The notes beneath the pieces were generated by a model, which saw nothing but the letters and a program-made list of their open reading frames with translations, had not been told where the DNA came from and searched no databases. From positions 1 to 42,926 of the forward strand of contig JBDREN010000032.1 of assembly GCA_043819795.1 (NCBI GenBank): DNA of 42,926 nucleotides, written 5' to 3'. Position 1 is the stretch's first letter; each line of letters opens with the position of its first letter. The stretch comes from Elusimicrobiota bacterium (GTDB taxonomy: Bacteria; Elusimicrobiota; Elusimicrobia; UBA1565). The position numbers were made by a program, and so were the translations under genes. This document shows positions 28,274 through 35,966 of the stretch, one piece after another.

Positions 28274-28939
28274 ATGAAGAGAAAGACGAAATCAGCCAAG
28301 AAGCCCAAGGCCGCGGGAAAAACGCCGAAAGCCGCACCGCGCTCCAAACGCACTTCCCAAAAGGGCGCGGCACGGCCCGGCTCCGCGGTCGAGGCCGCCC
28401 CGCCGTTCATGAAGGACGTGCCGGGCTCCGGCGTCTCGCTGGACCTGGACGCGAGCCTTCACGGCCTCGAGCCGATCCTGGGCGCCGCCTACGCCCTGAC
28501 CGACCGGGCCTATGCGCGGCTCGACGGAGACAAGGGGGGCCGGCTGCGGGTCAGCCTGCGCTCGAAGCGGAGGCTTTCGGCGGAGGGCCTCGACGAACTC
28601 GGCGAGCTTTTCTGGTGCGAGCTCAAGACCCAGAAGATCCGCTGGGCCATCGCCAAGAACAACCTGCCGGTGCGCCAAGCCTTGGTGGAGAAGGCCGTGC
28701 TCCTGGCGCAGGGACGGCTTCCCGAGGAGCCGGTCCCGGCGCCCGCGGCGGCCGCGGCAAGCGAGCCGCCGCCCGAGCAGAAGCTCACCGAGGAGCAGCT
28801 CGCCGAGGTCTCCCGCCTGATCGCCGAGGTGGAGGATGAGATCAAGGACCTCAAGTCCGGGAAGGGGCTCGAGGACCCGGAGCGCATCGCCGCGACCTGG
28901 GAGGAGAAGCACGGCCAGCCCGGGGGAGGGTCCAAATGA
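28274..28939 (+). CDS. HxsD-like protein with Lys-rich N-terminus
   Basis: GAAYALTDRAY, VSLRSK, C-terminal EDPERIAATWEEK. Confidence 0.78.
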   Translation: MKRKTKSAKKPKAAGKTPKAAPRSKRTSQKGAARPGSAVEAAPPFMKDVPGSGVSLDLDASLHGLEPILGAAYALTDRAYARLDGDKGGRLRVSLRSKRRLSAEGLDELGELFWCELKTQKIRWAIAKNNLPVRQALVEKAVLLAQGRLPEEPVPAPAAAAASEPPPEQKLTEEQLAEVSRLIAEVEDEIKDLKSGKGLEDPERIAATWEEKHGQPGGGSK

Positions 28940-29373
28940 CCAAGCTCACGGTGTCGAAGAGGGTCTATTCGGAGGAGGCGCTCAAGCTCGCCGCGAACGT
29001 CTTCTCGCGGCGCGCCCAGGCGGAGTTCGCGGAGGCCGAGAATGGCTGGGAGGTGACGCTCCTGCCGCGGTCCCGGCGCGCATCCAAAGGGGGCCGGGTA
29101 CGGCGCCCCCCCGGGGTCGACGCCGGTCCGCGGGCGCGCGGCTTGGCGGAACTCAAGGCCCTCGAAGGGGAATTCCTCAACGAGCTCTTGAGCCAGGAGT
29201 ACCGCGTCCTCGTGAGCGGCTTCAATAAGCGCATCGCCGGGGTCCTCGTGACCCAGGCGCTCTTCTCCGCGCGGGGGGGCGAGAACCCTCCGAAGCCGCC
29301 GAAGGAGTCCGCGGCTTTCAAGAAGGAGGCCGCCAAGCTGCTGCGGGAAGCGAAGGAGGAGACCCATGGCTGA
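28936..29373 (+). CDS. HxsD-like protein
   Basis: VSKRVYSEEALKLAANVF...LEGEFLNELLSQEYR; ATGA overlap. Confidence 0.72.
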   Translation: MTKLTVSKRVYSEEALKLAANVFSRRAQAEFAEAENGWEVTLLPRSRRASKGGRVRRPPGVDAGPRARGLAELKALEGEFLNELLSQEYRVLVSGFNKRIAGVLVTQALFSARGGENPPKPPKESAAFKKEAAKLLREAKEETHG

Positions 29374-30652
29374 GACGCGCCTGACGAATCCGCCGCTCGA
29401 AGGGTCTGCGCACCAGGAGCGGGTGGCCGGTCACAACTTCCGCCGCGTCGCCGACAAGATCCTGATCACCAACGACGCCGGGCACGGGGTCCTGCTCGGG
29501 GACGCGGATTTCCTGCGCTATCTCAAGGGCGGCGTCTCGAACGAGGAGCCGCTCGGCACGGAGCTGCGCCGCAAGGGTTTCTTCCGTAATTATCTCGACT
29601 TCCGCGCCCTGGCGGGCTGTATGGTGGAGCGTTGGCTGCTGGACTGGAAGGGGCCCGCGATCCATACGATCGCCGTGTCGGGCCGCGCGCCCGGCTCGGC
29701 CAAGCGCATGAGCCCCGCGACCGCCAAGAAGGCGGTGGACTTCGTCTTCTCTGGCGCCGCTCCCGCGCTGCTCATCGAGCTTCGGGGCGGCGGACGGCGC
29801 GCCTGGCCGGTGGTTCGGTTCATCGTCCGCTACGCGAAGAAGAAGAGCGAGGTCCAAAAGCGGTCGCTCTGCCTGCGGCTTTTGGCGGAGCCCGCCGCGC
29901 TCGACGGCGAGAGGGCGCGCTGGCTCGACGAGCAGGGGGTGACCGTATGCGCGCTGCTCGCCGGCGACGGCGTGCCGGCGCCGCCCAAGGGCGCGCGCGA
30001 GGCCGTCTTCACCGTTACGCGGGCCGCCCTGTCCGAGCCCGAGAAGACCGTGGAGCGCCTCATCGCGGCGGGGATCGAGTCGGTGGAGTTTCGCCGCTCA
30101 GAGGAAGGCGACGTCCCGGTGGGCCGGTATCTGGAGTTCTACCGCAAGGCGCTTGCCGCCGTCGTGGAGGCCTGCCGCGGCGGCAAGAAGCTGCGCGAGA
30201 CGGCGGCCGCCGCCCTGCTGGCGAGGATCACGGGCGGCGGCCGCGGCAGCCGCCCGGATGGCGAGGGGCTCTGCTCGCTCGCCTACGGTCCCGACGGGGA
30301 TATCTATACGAGCGACGAGGGGCTGCTCCTGGGCGAGGCTGGAGACCCGCTGTTCCGGATCGGCCGGCTCGGCGAGACGGGATACGACGAGGCCCTCGGC
30401 CACCCCATGGTCCGGGCGGCGCTCCTGGCCGCGAGCCCGTCCACGCAGCCCTTCTGCTTCCAGTGCGCCTACCAGCCCTACTGCCGGGTCCGCCCGGTTT
30501 ACAACTACCGGACCCAGGGAGGCCTCTGGGGCCACATGCCGTCGAACGCCTGGTGCGAGACGATGATGGGGATCTTCGACATCCTCGTCGAGGGGCTGCA
30601 GGGCCGGGAGGGGCCGGAGACGCTGAAGTCCTGGGCCCGGGAGGTCGCTTGA
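29366..30652 (+). CDS. Second HxsB paralog lacking CxxxCxxC
   Basis: ITNDAGH, LRRKGFFR, MSPATAKKAVDFVF, LAYGPDGDIYTSDEG, CFQCAYQPYC, WGHMPSNAWC..MGIFDIL; no CxxxCxxC. Confidence 0.82.
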   Translation: MAETRLTNPPLEGSAHQERVAGHNFRRVADKILITNDAGHGVLLGDADFLRYLKGGVSNEEPLGTELRRKGFFRNYLDFRALAGCMVERWLLDWKGPAIHTIAVSGRAPGSAKRMSPATAKKAVDFVFSGAAPALLIELRGGGRRAWPVVRFIVRYAKKKSEVQKRSLCLRLLAEPAALDGERARWLDEQGVTVCALLAGDGVPAPPKGAREAVFTVTRAALSEPEKTVERLIAAGIESVEFRRSEEGDVPVGRYLEFYRKALAAVVEACRGGKKLRETAAAALLARITGGGRGSRPDGEGLCSLAYGPDGDIYTSDEGLLLGEAGDPLFRIGRLGETGYDEALGHPMVRAALLAASPSTQPFCFQCAYQPYCRVRPVYNYRTQGGLWGHMPSNAWCETMMGIFDILVEGLQGREGPETLKSWAREVA

Positions 30653-30764
30653 CTTTTGGCCTGGACAGGGGGGGCGGTGCTTTGCTTTACTGGCGGCATA
30701 CGTAAATCGGGCCCGGATCGGGCCGAAAACACAGGGAAACCCTCCCCAGGATAGAGTCACAACC

Positions 30765-31466
30765 ATGAGCAAAAGACAAGGCATTTCAAGGCGGGCACGC
30801 CGGTCGGAGCCGGAGGACGGATCCGTACAAGATGGCGGACTCATGCAGCCGGACGAATCCGGCCAGCCCGGCCAGTCCGACCGGACCGGCGAGCCCGCGC
30901 GGCCGGCGGGTCCCACGCAGACGGAGATGCCCGCCGGGGACGAGAAGGTCGTCTCCTCGGTGACCGTGGCCGTCGAGGTGTCCGCTCCCGCGAAGAGCTG
31001 CTTCGCGGTGGCCGCGAACCATTTCAACCTGCCCAAGTGGGCGCATCCTATTAAGGAAGTGCGGCTCGACGAGGGCCGGCGCGAAGTCGACTACCTGCTC
31101 CCGGACGGCATCGTCACCTGCCAGACGCAGAGCCGCACCGACATGAAGCGCGGGGTCGTGGACTGGACGGTGCGCCTGCCCAAGGGCGAGCCGATCCAGG
31201 TATTCTCGCGGGTGGTGCCTCTCGATCCGAGCCGTTCCGTCTACATCTTTACGCTGCTCTCGCCGCCCATGCCGCGCCGGCGGCTCAAGGACGCCTACGG
31301 CGTGGTGGAGAAGAACCTGGTCAAGGACCTCGAGAAGTTCCGGGAGCTGGTGAGGAAGGAGAGCCAGAAGGGCCCCGACGCGCTCGAAGCCGAGCTGCAG
31401 GAGGCTCAGCAGGCGGCCGGCGGGGGCGCGCCGACGCGCTCCAAGGGGGCGAGGAGGAAGAGTTGA
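30765..31466 (+). CDS. SRPBCC/START-like domain protein with low-complexity N-terminus
   Basis: VTVAVEVSAPAKSCFAVAANHFNLPKWAHPIKEV and C-terminal helix LVKDLEKFRELV are typical of the SRPBCC fold. Confidence 0.65.
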   Translation: MSKRQGISRRARRSEPEDGSVQDGGLMQPDESGQPGQSDRTGEPARPAGPTQTEMPAGDEKVVSSVTVAVEVSAPAKSCFAVAANHFNLPKWAHPIKEVRLDEGRREVDYLLPDGIVTCQTQSRTDMKRGVVDWTVRLPKGEPIQVFSRVVPLDPSRSVYIFTLLSPPMPRRRLKDAYGVVEKNLVKDLEKFRELVRKESQKGPDALEAELQEAQQAAGGGAPTRSKGARRKS

Positions 31467-31978
31467 GGTTCAAAGTCTCGCTTCGCTCGGGAGAGGTAGT
31501 CTTCCCGATCCAGAAGAAGCTTTATCCCCTGGAGATCATCCAGGGGGCGGCCTATGTGCTGACCGACCGGGCCTACGCCTACGTCGAGGAGAAGCGGGGC
31601 CTCGGCATCTACGAGCTCACGCTGAGGTCCAGGAAGAAGGCGACGAAGGAGGGGCTCGAGGCGCTCGCCGGGGACTTCCTCAACGAGGTGCTCAACCAGG
31701 CGCTGCGCCAGAGGCTGCTGGCCGACAACCGCTCCGTCATGGAGCACATCATCTCGCGCGCCATGGTCTCGGCGCGCCGGAACGACGAGGACCCGGTCCA
31801 GCGCCGGGAGGCCCCGGACGAGGCGCTCAGCGCCGGGCAACAGGCCGAGATGGAGAAGCTCATCGCCGAGGCGGACGCCGAGATCGCGGCCCGCGCCAAG
31901 GGCAACGGGGAGGGCGATCCCCGCGGCATCAAAAGGACCTGGGAGGAGCGCTTTGGCAAGCCGCGCGCCGGCCGCTGA
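31463..31978 (+). CDS. hxsD: His-Xaa-Ser system protein HxsD
   Basis: LYPLEIIQGAAYVLTDRAY, LAGDFLNEVLNQALRQ, DPRGIKRTWEE; immediately upstream of hxsB; TTGA overlap. Confidence 0.82.
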   Translation: MRFKVSLRSGEVVFPIQKKLYPLEIIQGAAYVLTDRAYAYVEEKRGLGIYELTLRSRKKATKEGLEALAGDFLNEVLNQALRQRLLADNRSVMEHIISRAMVSARRNDEDPVQRREAPDEALSAGQQAEMEKLIAEADAEIAARAKGNGEGDPRGIKRTWEERFGKPRAGR

Positions 31979-33491
31979 GGGGAGCCGACTCACGCAGTAT
32001 CTCCACGTAGGTCGCGTGGACGTCCGTCGCGGGAAGGTCGCGGCCGCCGCCTACCGCCGGGTCGGGAAGCGCTGGCTCATCACCAACGACGCGGGCCACT
32101 TCGCCCAGCTCGACGCGGGGGAGTTCGCGGCGTACCTCGGCGGCAGGCTCGAGAGCGGCGGCGCCCTCTGGAACGACCTGCAGCGCAAGGGCTTCATACG
32201 CGACCACCTGGACTTCGACGCGCTCGTCGACACCTACCGGGAGAAGAACTCGTTCTTGTTCCAGGCCGCGCGGCTCCACATCATCGTCACCACGCTGCGC
32301 TGCAACCACAACTGCGTCTACTGCCACTCGAGCTCCGTGGCCCCCGACCGGTTCGATAAGGACATGTCGGTCGAGACCGCGAGGAAGACGGTCGACTTCA
32401 TCTTCCAGTGCCCGAACCCCACGCTGATCCTCGAGTTCCAGGGGGGCGAGTCGCTGCTCAACTGGCCGGTGCTCAAGTTCATCACGCGCTACGCGAAGCT
32501 CAAGAACGAGGCCGCCAGGCGCAACCTTTTCGTGACGCTGGTCTCCAACTTCAGCATGATGGACGAGGAGAAGTTCCGCTTCCTGGTCTCGGAGATGGTG
32601 GGCGTCTGCACCTCGCTCGACGGCCCGGCGGACGTCCACAACGCCAACCGCGTCTTCACTGGCGGGGACAGCCACGACCGGGTCGTGCGGTGGCTGCGCC
32701 GCTTCCAGGAGGCGGCCGACGGCGGGCTCGACGGCAAGCGGCACTTCAAGCCGGGGGCCCTGATGTCGACGACGCGCCTCAGCCTCGGACACGCCGAGCG
32801 CATCGTCGACGAGTACGTCCGGCTCGGCCTGCCCGGGATCTTCGTGCGGCAGCTCAATCCGATCGGCTACGCCCGCCGCAAGTGGGAGAAGGTCGGATAC
32901 ACGGCGGACGAGTTCCTGGCGTTCTATCGGGAAATGCTGGACCACATCCTCGAGGTCAACCGGGGCGGGACCGTGTTCTACGAGAGGGCGGCGCTCACGA
33001 TGCTGACGAAGATCCTGCTGCTCCAGGATCCCGGCTACGTGGACATGCGCTCGCCCAGCGGCAGCGGCTTCGGCGTGCTGACCTACAACCACGACGGGGG
33101 CGTCTACACGGGCGACGAGGCGCGGATGGTGGCCCGTGAGGGCGACTCCCTCTTCCGGGTGGGCCACGTGGCCGAGAGCCGCTACAACGACATCTTCGAT
33201 CACCCCGTTCTCAAGGCCGCGGCGGTGGCTACCCTGCTCGAGAACCAGCCGTTGTGCTCGCAGTGCGTCTATAAGCCCTACTGCGGGATCGACCCGGTCT
33301 ACAACCGCGAGATCCAGCGGAACATCTGGGGCCATATGCCGGACAACGACCGGTGCCGGCTGTACATGGGGATGTTCGACGTAATCTTCGAAAAGCTGCA
33401 GGACTCCTCTAACAGAAGGGTCTTCGAGTCCTGGCTGAAGGCTGTCGGCCCCGCCGCCCCGGCGGAGCCGGAGGCGACGGAGGTCAGATGA
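31953..33491 (+). CDS. hxsB: His-Xaa-Ser system radical SAM/SPASM maturase HxsB
   Basis: LHIIVTTLRCNHNCVYCH, LEFQGGESLLN, TSLDGPADVHNANR, YVDMRSPSG, YNHDGGVYTGDEARM, CSQCVYKPYCGIDPV; GGAGGAG RBS before TTG. Confidence 0.92.
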   Translation: MASRAPAAEGSRLTQYLHVGRVDVRRGKVAAAAYRRVGKRWLITNDAGHFAQLDAGEFAAYLGGRLESGGALWNDLQRKGFIRDHLDFDALVDTYREKNSFLFQAARLHIIVTTLRCNHNCVYCHSSSVAPDRFDKDMSVETARKTVDFIFQCPNPTLILEFQGGESLLNWPVLKFITRYAKLKNEAARRNLFVTLVSNFSMMDEEKFRFLVSEMVGVCTSLDGPADVHNANRVFTGGDSHDRVVRWLRRFQEAADGGLDGKRHFKPGALMSTTRLSLGHAERIVDEYVRLGLPGIFVRQLNPIGYARRKWEKVGYTADEFLAFYREMLDHILEVNRGGTVFYERAALTMLTKILLLQDPGYVDMRSPSGSGFGVLTYNHDGGVYTGDEARMVAREGDSLFRVGHVAESRYNDIFDHPVLKAAAVATLLENQPLCSQCVYKPYCGIDPVYNREIQRNIWGHMPDNDRCRLYMGMFDVIFEKLQDSSNRRVFESWLKAVGPAAPAEPEATEVR

Positions 33492-34510
33492 GGAAAACGG
33501 CATTCGTGCTGATGGCGGCCCTGGGGGCCCCGGCGGTATTCGCCGCCGAGGCCGAGGCGCCCAAGCCGCCGCCCGGGGCCGTGGCGCCCGCACCCAGCCC
33601 GGACTATTGGTCGATCTGCCTGGAGGACGTCAAGACCGACGAGGAGTTGATCCGGCAGGGCTTCTTCTGGATGGGCGACGCCAAGGTCGTGAAGCGGGTG
33701 ACGGGGCGGCTGGCGGGCCACCTGGCCTGTCAAGGCCGGGCCAAGCGCCAGAAGGACCCCTGCAAGGACCTCGACCGCATGCAGCCCGCGTTCCGATACG
33801 AGAAGGAGATCGGCACGCTCAAGTCCCAATGCCGGTGGCTCAACCGCTACGCGGACTTCTGGTGGGAGATGATGCGGGCTAAGAAGCGGCAGAGGAAGTT
33901 CCCGGCCTGCATCGCCTACCTCGACTCGCTCGTCGAGCCGGTCAAGTTCTTCGACGTCAACGCCGAAGCCCCCCGCAGCGAGTCCGCGGACCCGGAGAAC
34001 GCCAAAGAGGGGACCGACGAGGGGAAGTTCTGGAACGTCTGCAGCGTGCTCTCCAAGCGCTTCCAGGCCGGGAAGGCCGATGTCTGCCGCGCCGATCCGC
34101 GCATCAAGTACTACAAGGGGAAGGACGTCACGGATGAAAAGTGGGACATGGTCTGCGCGAAGGTCGGCCGCATGTGGGTGAAGGGTGAGGAGGATTTCTG
34201 CGACTGGCTGAAGCCGCACGATGAGAACTGCCGTGCGGAGGCCGCGATGACGAGGGCCTTTTTGAAGCTCGACCACCGGGCCTGCCCGCAGAGCGGCGTC
34301 GAATACGGGATATGCTCCTACTACCTCAAGACGAAGCGGAGCGGGGGCTGCCGGCCCGTATGGGAGACGTTGGTGTCCGATTTCTGCTCCGAGCGCTCGA
34401 AATACGGTTTCGACGAGCTGCCGAAGAACCCGAAGTCGGCGCAGGAAGAGCCTGGGAAGACCCCGAGTGAGACGCCGAAGCCGTCGCCGAAACAGAGGCG
34501 CCGGAGATAA
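33488..34510 (+). CDS. Secreted cysteine-rich hypothetical protein
   Basis: Sec signal MRKTAFVLMAALGAPAVFA, Pro/Ala linker, 14 Cys; ATGA overlap with hxsB. Confidence 0.8.
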   Translation: MRKTAFVLMAALGAPAVFAAEAEAPKPPPGAVAPAPSPDYWSICLEDVKTDEELIRQGFFWMGDAKVVKRVTGRLAGHLACQGRAKRQKDPCKDLDRMQPAFRYEKEIGTLKSQCRWLNRYADFWWEMMRAKKRQRKFPACIAYLDSLVEPVKFFDVNAEAPRSESADPENAKEGTDEGKFWNVCSVLSKRFQAGKADVCRADPRIKYYKGKDVTDEKWDMVCAKVGRMWVKGEEDFCDWLKPHDENCRAEAAMTRAFLKLDHRACPQSGVEYGICSYYLKTKRSGGCRPVWETLVSDFCSERSKYGFDELPKNPKSAQEEPGKTPSETPKPSPKQRRRR

Positions 34511-34524
34511 CTGAGGAGATTGAA

Positions 34525-34833
34525 ATGGCTGCCAAGAAAGGGAAGAAGAAGACGAAGCGTGTCAGCAAGAAGAAGCTGATCGGCGGGGTGAAGAAGGGGG
34601 CCGAGATGTTCTTGACGTCGGAGGAAGGCAAAGTGGTCAAGCAGGACGTGGTCAAGACCGCCACGGCGCTCGGGATCATCGGGACGGCCCTCCTGAAGAG
34701 CGCCCACGATCTGCCGGCCGCGCCGCACTCCAACTACCTGCACAGCTCGGGAGGCGTGGGCGGCCATACCAGCCACGCCAGCCACGGCTCGCACGGGAGC
34801 CACGGCTCGCACGGGAGCCATTTCTCGTTCTAA
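34525..34833 (+). CDS. hxsA: His-Xaa-Ser repeat precursor peptide (HxsA family)
   Basis: GAGGAG RBS; Lys-rich N-terminus, FLTSEEGK motif, hydrophobic stretch, core HSNYLHSSGGVGG-HTS-HAS-HGS-HGS-HGS-HGS-HFS-F. Confidence 0.92.
   Translation: MAAKKGKKKTKRVSKKKLIGGVKKGAEMFLTSEEGKVVKQDVVKTATALGIIGTALLKSAHDLPAAPHSNYLHSSGGVGGHTSHASHGSHGSHGSHGSHFSF
34780..34820 (+). repeat. 18-bp tandem repeat encoding (SHGSHG)n within the precursor
   Basis: AGCCACGGCTCGCACGGG occurs twice exactly, followed by AGCCA. Confidence 0.9.
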
Positions 34834-34851
34834 GCCGCCGTTCGAGGCGGT
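34834..34851 (+). promoter_or_regulatory. Hairpin directly after the precursor stop (possible mRNA-stabilising or attenuating element)
   Basis: GCCGCC-GTTCGA-GGCGGT stem-loop with no U-tract. Confidence 0.4.
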
Positions 34852-34886
34852 GATGGCGGGCGACGGGCCCGCCGGGGTGTGCGGAC

Positions 34887-35966
34887 GTGCTGCATCCAAA
34901 CGACGCGATCAGAGTCTATGAGCTGCTCGTGGGCTACGCCTGCAACGCGAAGTGCCTGTTCTGCTCGCAGGAGTTCGCGTGGCGCGGCCTGCCCGCGCTC
35001 ACCTTCGAGCAGATGGCCTCGAAGGTCTACCAGGCCTACCGCGAGGGGACCCGGGTCCTCGTGATCGACGGGGGGGAGCCCACGGTCCATCCCGACCTCC
35101 CCAAGCTCGTCGCCTTTAGCCGGCGCGCCGGCTTCCGTGAGATCCACATCCAGACCAACGGGATACGCTTCGGCGACCGGGCCTACGCCGACGCCCTGAC
35201 GGAGGTCGGGCTCAACCTGGCCCGGATCTCGATACACGCCCACACCCCCGAGCTCCACGACGCGCTGCTGATGGCGCCGGGGGCGTTCAGGAAGGCTCTC
35301 GCCGGGATCGAGAACCTGCGCCGCCGCGGGGCCCATGTGGCGGCCAACATCCTCGTCAACCGGATGAACTATAGGACCCTGCCCGACTACTTCCGGTTTT
35401 TCTACGATGAGATCGGGCTGCGCGACTTCGGCATCATCTTCCCGCTCTACGAGGGGGACATGGCAGTCAACGCCGGCCGGATCGGCGTGAGGATGAGCGA
35501 GGCCGCGCCCTACGTGCGGGAGTCGTTCGAGCTGTTCCGGGAGCGCGGGGCGGAGCCGCCGTTCCTGCTGAACTTCATCCCCTGCGGGGTCCCGGGCTAC
35601 GAGAGCCGGATGCTGCGCTGGTCGGGCGACAGCGCGGGGATCTACGACTTCGAGAAGAAGCTGCTCTTCGACCCGGAGCGCTACACCCTCGAGCATCCGA
35701 CGGGCCTGAAGGCGGGGCTGGACGCGGTCGCGCGCAAGAACAAGGTGATGATCGGCGCGTGCCGCGGCTGCGCATACTCCGAGCGGTGCCTCGGCTGCGA
35801 GAAGGACTACGCGGAGCGGTTTGGAGGCTCGGAGTTCACGGCCTTCAAACGTGAGCCCGAGCCCTTCGACGGCGGCTGGGGCGCGGAGGCCGGCAGGTGG
35901 CGCCGCATCCTCACCCCCGAGGAGCACCGCTCGCTGCGGGAAAAGCGGGCGGCGGAGAGGGCATGA
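34887..35966 (+). CDS. Radical SAM protein (HxsC-like), paralog of 22519
   Basis: YACNAKCLFCSQEFAWR, DGGEPT, IQTNG, PLYEGDM, NFIPC, CRGCAYSERCLG. Confidence 0.88.
   Translation: MLHPNDAIRVYELLVGYACNAKCLFCSQEFAWRGLPALTFEQMASKVYQAYREGTRVLVIDGGEPTVHPDLPKLVAFSRRAGFREIHIQTNGIRFGDRAYADALTEVGLNLARISIHAHTPELHDALLMAPGAFRKALAGIENLRRRGAHVAANILVNRMNYRTLPDYFRFFYDEIGLRDFGIIFPLYEGDMAVNAGRIGVRMSEAAPYVRESFELFRERGAEPPFLLNFIPCGVPGYESRMLRWSGDSAGIYDFEKKLLFDPERYTLEHPTGLKAGLDAVARKNKVMIGACRGCAYSERCLGCEKDYAERFGGSEFTAFKREPEPFDGGWGAEAGRWRRILTPEEHRSLREKRAAERA

Noticed and set aside
26929..30652. Calling the two CxxxCxxC-less HxsB paralogs pseudogenes
   Set aside because: Both are uninterrupted full-length ORFs with coupled starts and conserved C-terminal Cys motifs, so they were kept as CDS.
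33488..34510. Multiheme cytochrome call for the Cys-rich secreted protein
   Set aside because: No CxxCH motifs; the cysteines are singly spaced.
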